NCBI GenBank assembly: GCA_040905385.1
Contig: JBBDRP010000002.1
Location: 679,010 to 743,009, forward strand
Direction: 5' to 3'
DNA length: 64,000 bases
Origin: Minisyncoccota bacterium
Lineage (GTDB): Bacteria > Patescibacteriota > Minisyncoccia > Phycocordibacterales > SW-6-46-9
Positions 51,942-59,658 of the stretch are shown here, piece by piece. The position numbers and the translations under genes were made by a program. Numbering within the stretch: the stretch's first letter is position 1; every line of letters begins with the position of its first letter. The notes below the pieces were generated by a model, which searched no databases, was not told the origin of the DNA, and saw nothing but the letters and a program-made list of their open reading frames with translations.

Positions 51942-52613
51942 TTATATTTTAACAAACTTACACACCATAAAAGTTGGGTAGTAATCACCACCAACTTGCT
52001 GGGCACTAGTATCAGAAAAATCACTCTCTTCTGTAATTGATGTCAGTTTCATTTTCTTTAATACATCTTCATCAAAATACTCCGAAAATGTATGTGATAG
52101 TTCTGTAGCAACAATTTCACCCTTAAATAAAACTGAACGAACTTCTTCTTGTTCATAATAATCCCTGTATTTTTCTTTCTTTTCCAAAAATTGGCGAATT
52201 GGATGAACGGTCAGATACAAAATAGTAGCCCCAGACTTTGCTACTCTAGCTAACTCCATGAGACATTCTTTGAGGTCCTTTGATGTTTGGAGGGCGTATT
52301 TACTAACAACCAAATCAAAACTGTTATCTTCATATGGAAGATCTTCCATTCTTCCAACCTTTACAACGTCTTTAGAAAACTTAGAGTTAGCAATTTCAAC
52401 CAATTCTTCAGATGCGTCAACTCCAGAAATCTGAGCACCTTTACCTTGGTAATAAGTTAAGTCAGTCCCATCCCCACAAGCAACATCTAACAAGTTCTTA
52501 TTATTTAGGTCTTCATCAAGGATCTCGTAAAAAATATTTCTACTAATAAGTGTCTTGCCAACAGAGTCAGAAAAATCCGATGCGAAGGAGTCGTATTGTT
52601 TCTCATTACTCAT
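51942..52613 (-). CDS. Class I SAM-dependent methyltransferase
   Basis: LLDVACGDG, GVDAS, LPYED.SFD, E.ARV.K.G. Confidence 0.88.
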   Translation of the reverse strand: MSNEKQYDSFASDFSDSVGKTLISRNIFYEILDEDLNNKNLLDVACGDGTDLTYYQGKGAQISGVDASEELVEIANSKFSKDVVKVGRMEDLPYEDNSFDLVVSKYALQTSKDLKECLMELARVAKSGATILYLTVHPIRQFLEKKEKYRDYYEQEEVRSVLFKGEIVATELSHTFSEYFDEDVLKKMKLTSITEESDFSDTSAQQVGGDYYPTFMVCKFVKI

Positions 52614-52737
52614 GAGAGTAAATTATAACACCTAATCACCTACCATACAGTAAGCGGGTTTATGTCGAATATGTGCATGGTTCAAATTCCATTTGCCCCA
52701 AAAATAAAAGCCCCCACCTAGGGGCTTTAAATCAATG

Positions 52738-52813
52738 CGCGGGCGAACGGATTTGAACCGTCGATCTTCCCCGTGACAGGGGGATGTGTTAAACCAGACT
52801 ACACCACGCCCGC
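52738..52813 (-). tRNA. tRNA-Asp(GTC)
   Basis: TCCCC-CTGTCAC-GGGGA anticodon arm; G discriminator. Confidence 0.94.
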
Positions 52814-52824
52814 ATTGTCAAGTT

Positions 52825-53490
52825 TTACCTGCTTTTTAGAAAGATTTCAAACTTTTCCCTCTTTCTACTTAAAAACAGATCACTGACTAGATTACCGTAC
52901 ATTACTTCATAAAGCAACAATGAATCGCTAATACTGTATTGCAAAGAATGTGCTTTATCGGCCTCTGACAAGCTCCCTTTCCCCATTCCAGCATTCTCCG
53001 CCAATAACTCACTTAAATCTTCTAGAAAGCCAACAGAAGAGGAGGTAAACCTGGTTGTAATACCCACACTATTCACCTCTCTACTAGCGTGAATAGTACC
53101 GACCCATACCGTACCGTCACCATCAAAGTAACCACGTACGAAGTCTCCCGTAAACTCTTTAGGTACATCAGGAAAACTGAGTATCCTGGTCTTTCTTGGA
53201 GTAATACCCAAACTCCTGAGGTCCGAAAACATGTCCTTGCTACCTATTTGCAAATGATATACGTCTTGATGATTATCGGGTGTCGCTCGCCTGCCGATTT
53301 TGTGCTCAGAATCAAGAGCGGTCTTTACTTGCTCTATCAACTCCTTGTCAACGGAGGTGAAGTCTAAATACTTGGTACCGCGCTTGGTCTCATACATACT
53401 GCCGTCAGCAGCAAAGAAGCCTAGTACATAAGCCATATCGGGTGACCACTCTTTAAAGAAGTCTTTATTTACCTTTCGTTGAATAGGCAC
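52825..53490 (-). CDS. Free-standing double-motif LAGLIDADG endonuclease
   Basis: YVLGFFAADGS and FVRGYFDGDG motifs. Confidence 0.88.
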   Translation of the reverse strand: MPIQRKVNKDFFKEWSPDMAYVLGFFAADGSMYETKRGTKYLDFTSVDKELIEQVKTALDSEHKIGRRATPDNHQDVYHLQIGSKDMFSDLRSLGITPRKTRILSFPDVPKEFTGDFVRGYFDGDGTVWVGTIHASREVNSVGITTRFTSSSVGFLEDLSELLAENAGMGKGSLSEADKAHSLQYSISDSLLLYEVMYGNLVSDLFLSRKREKFEIFLKSR

Positions 53491-53506
53491 TAATTACAGC
53501 GTATCA

Positions 53507-53530
53507 CGTGACAGGATATATTGTTAACCA
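53507..53530 (-). pseudogene. Degenerate D-loop/anticodon remnant of tRNA-Asp
   Basis: CGTGACAGG-N6-TGTTAACCA vs tRNA CGTGACAGG-N6-TGTTAAACCA. Confidence 0.6.
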
Positions 53531-53721
53531 CTTTTAATACGTCAATCAGTGTATGACGTATTGATTTGGGTGTAATCCCTCCTCCCCGACTCAATATGTA
53601 GGATTTGAACCACGGTCCGTTACGCTCTATCGCTTCGCGATAAAGAGCGTTTGCAGAGCAACCACCTAAAACGCAAAGAAGGTTGCGTTTTAGCCTCAGC
53701 TTTATTAGACATTTTTTAATG

Positions 53722-53795
53722 TGTCGGGGGGCAGAATTGAACTGCCGACCTTGACTTTATGAGTGTCACGCTCTAACCAACTGAGCTACCCCGAC
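53722..53795 (-). tRNA. tRNA with CAT anticodon (elongator Met or Ile2)
   Basis: Cloverleaf with paired 1:72, CTCATAA loop, A-A at 31:39. Confidence 0.85.
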
Positions 53796-53970
53796 AAATG
53801 AGGGACAAAATAAAAGCGTACTTTCATTTTTCCCGAATGCTGTCGAGGCAAGATCTTCTTACCCCGACAAATGATCGTTCTTTACCCCTCACAGTATAGC
53901 GACCAGCGCGCCGTAGTTCAAGAAAAAAGCCCCCGAAGGGGCAATTTTCCAGTCTTTTTTTTATACTTCT

Positions 53971-54927
53971 TTATTCCTCGTCATTATCGTCGTCGCTATC
54001 TTCATCGTCCTCTTCGTCAGAATCATCATCTTCAAATTCTATTACCGCCCTAACCTCCTCTTCCGTTAGATCTGTACGAGATACGATTTCAGCAATTGCT
54101 TCTTCCTTGTCAGTTGTCTCTAGATTAAATTCTTCCTCGCTTCCGTCAGAGTAATCTATCTTAACCTCGGCTTTGCCATCATCAAACTCGACCTCTATCT
54201 CCAGCTCATCATCGTCATCGCTTTCATCGTCATCTTGATCAAAGCGATCAAAGATTACACGCAAACGTTCCTTTAGCTCTTCCGGAATACTAAGTCGGTC
54301 GATGTCTGGACCACGACGTGATGAACGCTCATCAGCTGCTTCTCCATCATCGTCAGAATCATCATCACTGTCATCGTCAGAATCATCATTAACATCATCC
54401 CCAGCAAATAGTCGCTGAATACCTGGAGCCCGCAAAAGTCCTGGTGGTGTGATACCAGAGTTTCCAGCTCCATCCTCGATCAAGCTACGAATTCGAGCTA
54501 TTGTTTGTTCATCTAACTCTCCATCGTCCGCAACACCAATCTGCTGCTGCAGTCGAGCGACGGCCTGCGATGTCAGTGGACCGTAATACCCAGTTGTTAG
54601 GCCTTCTGGGTAAATGCTTCGGTCCTGAGCCAGAAATTCCTGCAGTCGCTGTACGCGTTCTCCACGATCACCCTGGCGCATACTCTGCCCGAAGACTGCT
54701 GCTTCATTACTTTCTTCATCATCATCCGAATCATCTGTAGATTGACCTCGCAGCGATAATACTCGCTCCTGAAGCTCGGCTACCTGCTCCTGAAGCTGTC
54801 GCACCTGCTCCTGAAGCTGAGCGGTAATTGAGTCATCTTCGCTCTGTGCCTGCACCGAGACACCACCAATCAAGGCTAGTGTTACGACGAGCGCAGCCAC
54901 GAATCCAATTTTGGTAAAAGATTTCAT
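53971..54927 (-). CDS. Secreted acidic peptidoglycan-binding-domain protein
   Basis: Signal peptide, coiled coil, G.RG..V..LQ..L..TGYYG.LT..AV..LQ. Confidence 0.8.
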   Translation of the reverse strand: MKSFTKIGFVAALVVTLALIGGVSVQAQSEDDSITAQLQEQVRQLQEQVAELQERVLSLRGQSTDDSDDDEESNEAAVFGQSMRQGDRGERVQRLQEFLAQDRSIYPEGLTTGYYGPLTSQAVARLQQQIGVADDGELDEQTIARIRSLIEDGAGNSGITPPGLLRAPGIQRLFAGDDVNDDSDDDSDDDSDDDGEAADERSSRRGPDIDRLSIPEELKERLRVIFDRFDQDDDESDDDDELEIEVEFDDGKAEVKIDYSDGSEEEFNLETTDKEEAIAEIVSRTDLTEEEVRAVIEFEDDDSDEEDDEDSDDDNDEE

Positions 54928-55073
54928 ATACGTAAAAATAAATAACGAATAAACCTATCTTTAATAATAGACTTATAAACAGTAGATATCAAGATTTACG
55001 TGTGGATAGATTTAAAATCCGTCTACATAAGATAAACAAAGAGCCAGCCACAAGGGCCAGCTCTTTGCTTATT

Positions 55074-55264
55074 ATTGTTGCGGGGGCCGGAATTTCACAT
55101 AGACACAGCCTCGTTCCCGACCCCTCGACTTTGAAAACCCTCGGTTTTCAATACTTTCCAACACGGGAACGAGGAGTTCAAATCCTTAGTGCTATAGACA
55201 AAATTCCCTTGGTATTCAGGGTGACACTAATATATTCGATTGAATCATTGTTGCGGGGGCCGGA
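55074..55264. mobile_element. Miniature insertion duplicating the tRNA-fMet 3' end
   Basis: 18-bp direct repeat ATTGTTGCGGGGGCCGGA at 55074-55091 and 55247-55264. Confidence 0.7.
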
Positions 55265-55321
55265 TTTGAACCGACACCTGGAGGTTATGAGCCTCCCGAG
55301 GTACCATTCCTCCACCCCGCG
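55251..55321 (-). tRNA. Initiator tRNA-fMet(CAT)
   Basis: C1:A72 mismatch, CGCGGGG acceptor strand, GGAGG-CTCATAA-CCTCC. Confidence 0.9.
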
Positions 55322-55551
55322 ATATAGTCCTGTATCCTTTCTTTGTTTTTAAGAGACTTCAGGTACTTCTCTTTCTCCACAGCGGATGAACGATTTGAAC
55401 ACTTTTCCTTGTAAGCAACCTCCCAAGGCTGATAGGGCTTTGTCCAACCGGCATCATCACCGTTATGTTCGTTTATACGACGATTCATATCATTCGTATG
55501 ACCAATATAATACTTGTCATACGAAGCACTGTACAGAATATAAATGAACAT
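55285..55551 (-). CDS. Short GIY-YIG endonuclease overlapping tRNA-fMet
   Basis: IYILYS..YYIG.T....R..EHN..WT....PW..E..LK; stop codon is in the anticodon loop. Confidence 0.85.
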   Translation of the reverse strand: MFIYILYSASYDKYYIGHTNDMNRRINEHNGDDAGWTKPYQPWEVAYKEKCSNRSSAVEKEKYLKSLKNKERIQDYIAGWRNGTSGGS

Positions 55552-55557
55552 AACCTC

Positions 55558-55602
55558 GGTTATGAGTCCCGCTTTAGCGGGATACCATTCCTCCACCCCG
55601 CG
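55558..55602 (-). pseudogene. Broken 5' half of tRNA-fMet containing a REP-like hairpin
   Basis: CGCGGGGTGGAGGAATGGTA + TCCCGCTAAAGCGGGA + CTCATAACC. Confidence 0.8.
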
Positions 55603-55665
55603 ATATATTCCTGTCTCTTCACGTACAAGTAGTATTTTACTAAATAATACTAGGTGTGTCAACGA

Positions 55666-56739
55666 CTAATTTTCTCCGTCTAGCTTTGGGTTCTCTACCT
55701 CTACCCCATCAATCTCGAAGTCGCCGTCAGTGATTTTACGAATGTCGCGACCGATACCGCGTAACTTTACGCTGGACTCATCGTACTGATTCACAACTGC
55801 ATTTAGATTACTGCCCAGCCGCCCGTGCACATCTTCATATCCAACTAGATGTGTTCGTAGTGCTTCTACTCCTTCCTGAATCCGCTCGGTGTTCTTCTCG
55901 ATTCGAAACGCCCGCAGACCCTGCAGGATTGTATGCAGATACGCCGCTAAGGTCGTCGGCGAGACAATAATGACACTTCTCTCGTGAGCGTACTCAATCA
56001 GGTTACGCGTATTGGTGCCCGCTGAACCAATCTTGTTAACCAGCAGATCATAGTAGACACCCTCGGCCGGGATGAACATCATCGCAAACGAGAGCGTGTT
56101 TTCTTTGGGACGAATGTATTTGCTTGTTTCATCAATACGCTTTTTCAGGTCATTTTTAAACTCCTTAGCAATCACCGCGCGCTTGTCCTCATCCTCTTCG
56201 TCCATTAGTCGCTGGTAGTTATTTAAAGAGAACTTGGCATCCACCGGAATAATACCGTCCTTGGCCTTGATGATGGCATCCACTGCTTCACCATTTTCAA
56301 AAGAGTACTGTAGCTCGAAGCCATTTGGCGGCAAGAGATTCTCCAGAATCAGCGATAGACCGGCCTCGCCCAGCGACCCACGCTTCTTCTGGTTGGACAG
56401 CACCTTCTCGAGATCCTTTAACGTCTCGGTGATGTCCAGCACATCCTTGTTGGTCTCCTTTACCGACTCAATCTCCTTGGTGATGTTCTGGATCAACTTC
56501 CGACTCTGTCCGAACTGGCTCTCGACCGTCTTGGTGAGCTTGTTGTCCATGGTGCGGGTCTGCTCACCAATCTGCTGGTTAAGCTGCTGAGACAGGTCCC
56601 TCAGCCGCTCCTGGAGGTCTTTATGCGCCGCATTTTCACCGCCATCAGCACGATGAAAGTACCACCCCACCGCTACGTGAATAGCGATCGTGATTACAGA
56701 AATTACAACCAGTATTGTTAGGGTTAGCTCCATACGCAT
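55666..56739 (-). CDS. rmuC: DNA recombination protein RmuC
   Basis: RG.LGE..L..IL, PVDAKF, FAMMFIP.E, VSPTTL. Confidence 0.92.
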   Translation of the reverse strand: MRMELTLTILVVISVITIAIHVAVGWYFHRADGGENAAHKDLQERLRDLSQQLNQQIGEQTRTMDNKLTKTVESQFGQSRKLIQNITKEIESVKETNKDVLDITETLKDLEKVLSNQKKRGSLGEAGLSLILENLLPPNGFELQYSFENGEAVDAIIKAKDGIIPVDAKFSLNNYQRLMDEEDEDKRAVIAKEFKNDLKKRIDETSKYIRPKENTLSFAMMFIPAEGVYYDLLVNKIGSAGTNTRNLIEYAHERSVIIVSPTTLAAYLHTILQGLRAFRIEKNTERIQEGVEALRTHLVGYEDVHGRLGSNLNAVVNQYDESSVKLRGIGRDIRKITDGDFEIDGVEVENPKLDGEN

Positions 56740-56922
56740 CCATTATATCAGAACCTGTATTACAAACCCATCGCACTTAAGTCGCGTTGATTTCTAGTAA
56801 AAAATAGTGCAGACGAAAGAGATATATAAAATATATCGAAAGAGGATAAGCTGTTTTCTGCAGAAATCCAGAGTGACTTGGGGTGCGAAATGAGTGGAGT
56901 GTGGATTTATTATGGTGGGTTG

Positions 56923-59649
56923 TTATGCAGATTCCTTCGCCTTGCGCTGAAACAGAACGTACTTCGCAATCTCAACTACCGCTAGATCAAAGATTCCCAC
57001 CCCGGCCAGCAGCAGCCACTGGTTGCCAGACAGTGTAGTGAGGCTCAGCAGCTCTCGCAGCGGCGCGAAGAAAAGCGCTCCGAACAAAGCTACCAAACTA
57101 AGTCCGAGAGATATGAATAAAAACCTGTTGTTAGAGAAATCAATTTTATAAATTGGTTTATAAAAATTCTTCAACGCCACCACAAAGAAGAGTGCATCGA
57201 TGGTCAGAATCACGAACATGATGGTGCGAATCGTCTCGATGGCAACACCTTGCTGGTTGAGCAGTGCAAAAATAACAAACGCGGCGATACCGGTAATCGT
57301 ACCACTCACCGCAATCAGCCACTTCATTGGCTTACTGACGAGATTCTTGGTTCGGGCATCCTTCGGGTCACGATCCATTACACCGGCCGCCGATGGCTCG
57401 GCAGCAAAGACAAAGGTTAAGAGGCCCCCTTCTACAATGTTCACCCACAGGATCTGCGGCGTCAGGATCGGAATCGGCAAGCCAGAAACCAAGGCACCAC
57501 CAATCAGGAAGAGTCCACCAAAACTGGTAGAAAGTAGATGGGCAATAATCTTCTTTAGGTTATCGATAATTTTTCGGCCCTCCTCGATGGCAGCGACGAT
57601 GATCGAGAAGCTGTCATCCAGCAGTACCAGATCAGACGCCTCCTTGGCCACCTCAGTTCCGGATCCAACCGCCACACCAATATCAGCCGCCTGTAGCGCT
57701 GGGGCGTCATTGACCCCATCCCCGGTCATTGCTACCACCTCATGCCTACCCTGCAGCAGCTTAGCCAACCGCAGCTTCTGGTTTGGCAGCACCCGAGCAA
57801 AGACGTACCGGGTATTAACGGCTTCAACAATCTCCTCATCACTCATATCCTCTAGGTCTGACCCGATCAGCGGCTCAGAATCAGAATCGGCCGAGATAAT
57901 ACCGACCTCACGAGCGATAAAATTAGCCGTCTCGGGATTATCACCGGTCACCATCAGGATATGCACACCGGCCGATTTAGCCTGGGCGATGGACTCGGCA
58001 ACATCTTCTCGGACTGGATCACTAAAGGCGATCAAGCCCAGAAAAGTCAGGCCGGCAATCTGCTCGTCGGTTGGCTTGCCTTCCTCTGCAAGGTCGATTT
58101 TGTCTCCAGCATTCGCCTTGAAGCCGATAGCGATCAGGCGCTTGCCTTCGGAGCTCTTTCTATTCTGAAGATCCGTTATATTTTCACGTATTTCATCATC
58201 CAGCGGGACCACGCCCTCCTCGGTGCGAACCTGGATGGAATGACCCAGCACCACCTCGGGCGCCCCGCTGACAAATAATTCATTCTGGTCCTCTTTATCG
58301 CCAGAGGCAGCCGCCGACAGACTAGCAGCAAAACGGTTTTCCGAGCTGAAGGCCAGCAGATCCTTGCGGCGTTTATCAATAGCAACCTTATCAAAATCGG
58401 CCTCAATACCCCGCGCTACCAAGGCCCGCTCGATGGGTTCGCCGCGGATTATTGACTCACCTTCAGACTCTTCCACGTAGGCACTTGAGGACGTGACGGC
58501 TCCCTCCAGCAGGTGTCGCTGTAGTGGTGACAGCTTGCCGTCAGACGCTGCCACCTCGTCATCAGCGAAGGTATCAAAACTCAGCAGGTTCGAGACCGCC
58601 ATCTTGGCCTGTGTTAGGGTTCCGGTTTTGTCCGTGAGAATTATGGTGGTTGAGCCCAGTGTCTCGGCGGCGCGGAGATTCTTCACCAATCCACCGCGAT
58701 CTAGAATATTCTGCATACCCAGCGCCAGCACCACCGTCACGGCCGCCGGCAGCCCTTCGGGAACAACACTCACTGCAACTGCTATCGAGAAGACAAGCAT
58801 CTCGATCAGCGACTCGCCACGTATGACTCCAAGTACAAAGATGACTACCACGGCCACCACAGAGATAACCGCCACAAACTGCGCAAGTGTCTTCATGTGC
58901 TGCTGAATCGGCGTATCGGATTCCGGACCGGCCGTTAGTTCCTGGGCGATCTTTCCTACCTCGGTCTCATCACCGACTGCCACCACAATGCCGCGGGCTT
59001 CTCCGGACGCCACCAGCGTGCCTTTATAGGCCATGTTTTTCCGGCCGGTGACCGGCTGATCATCTGTTATCTTTTCGGCGCTCTTTTTTACCTCCAGCCA
59101 CTCACCCGTTAAGGCGGCTTCGTTTACCTCGAGATTCTTCTCCCTTATCACTCGCATATCGGCCGATACATACATGCCAGCCTCAAGCACCACAATATCG
59201 CCAACTACCACCTCCTTGGCCGGGATTACGTGCTTCCTTCCGTCACGAATCACCGTCGCCTCCTTGCTTTGGCTACTATCCAGCGCCTGAAAAGCCTTCG
59301 AGGCCCGACCCTCCTGAATCGTGCCGATGATGACATTGATTCCCAGCGCCACAAAAATGACCGCGGTATCTACCAGATGCCCGATAGCCAGCGTAATCAG
59401 CCCCGCCACCAGAAGAATCAAGACAAGCGGATTCTTAAACTGCTTGAATATTCGACCAAACACACCCACCTGTGCTGCCTCCGTCAGGCTATTGTCACCA
59501 TGCAGCTGGCGCGATCCGTCGACCGCATCCTCGCTCAAACCCTGCTTCGTATCCACCGACAACTTCTCGGCCACCCCGTCAGCCGACAGCTGATACCAGT
59601 CGCTGCCAGTAGCTTCTTGGGGTTTTTGATTGTCAGGTAATTCGCTCAT
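56923..59649 (-). CDS. P2-type cation-transporting ATPase
   Basis: VPEGLP, DKTGTLT, TGDN, GDGVND, QILW.N. Confidence 0.93.
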   Translation of the reverse strand: MSELPDNQKPQEATGSDWYQLSADGVAEKLSVDTKQGLSEDAVDGSRQLHGDNSLTEAAQVGVFGRIFKQFKNPLVLILLVAGLITLAIGHLVDTAVIFVALGINVIIGTIQEGRASKAFQALDSSQSKEATVIRDGRKHVIPAKEVVVGDIVVLEAGMYVSADMRVIREKNLEVNEAALTGEWLEVKKSAEKITDDQPVTGRKNMAYKGTLVASGEARGIVVAVGDETEVGKIAQELTAGPESDTPIQQHMKTLAQFVAVISVVAVVVIFVLGVIRGESLIEMLVFSIAVAVSVVPEGLPAAVTVVLALGMQNILDRGGLVKNLRAAETLGSTTIILTDKTGTLTQAKMAVSNLLSFDTFADDEVAASDGKLSPLQRHLLEGAVTSSSAYVEESEGESIIRGEPIERALVARGIEADFDKVAIDKRRKDLLAFSSENRFAASLSAAASGDKEDQNELFVSGAPEVVLGHSIQVRTEEGVVPLDDEIRENITDLQNRKSSEGKRLIAIGFKANAGDKIDLAEEGKPTDEQIAGLTFLGLIAFSDPVREDVAESIAQAKSAGVHILMVTGDNPETANFIAREVGIISADSDSEPLIGSDLEDMSDEEIVEAVNTRYVFARVLPNQKLRLAKLLQGRHEVVAMTGDGVNDAPALQAADIGVAVGSGTEVAKEASDLVLLDDSFSIIVAAIEEGRKIIDNLKKIIAHLLSTSFGGLFLIGGALVSGLPIPILTPQILWVNIVEGGLLTFVFAAEPSAAGVMDRDPKDARTKNLVSKPMKWLIAVSGTITGIAAFVIFALLNQQGVAIETIRTIMFVILTIDALFFVVALKNFYKPIYKIDFSNNRFLFISLGLSLVALFGALFFAPLRELLSLTTLSGNQWLLLAGVGIFDLAVVEIAKYVLFQRKAKESA

Positions 59650-59658
59650 ATAGATATA

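Larger units (their letters stand above)
50406..52751. mobile_element. Integrase-less mini-island at the tRNA-Asp 3' end
   Basis: 16-bp direct repeat TGCGCGGGCGAACGGA at 50406-50421 and 52736-52751; AT-rich cargo. Confidence 0.75.

Noticed and set aside
54340-54390. Short tandem repeats (TCATCGTCAGAA-like)
   Set aside because: They encode Asp/Ser low-complexity linkers
57200-58168. 322-aa plus-strand ORF and similar antisense ORFs across core genes
   Set aside because: Antisense shadows of well-supported genes
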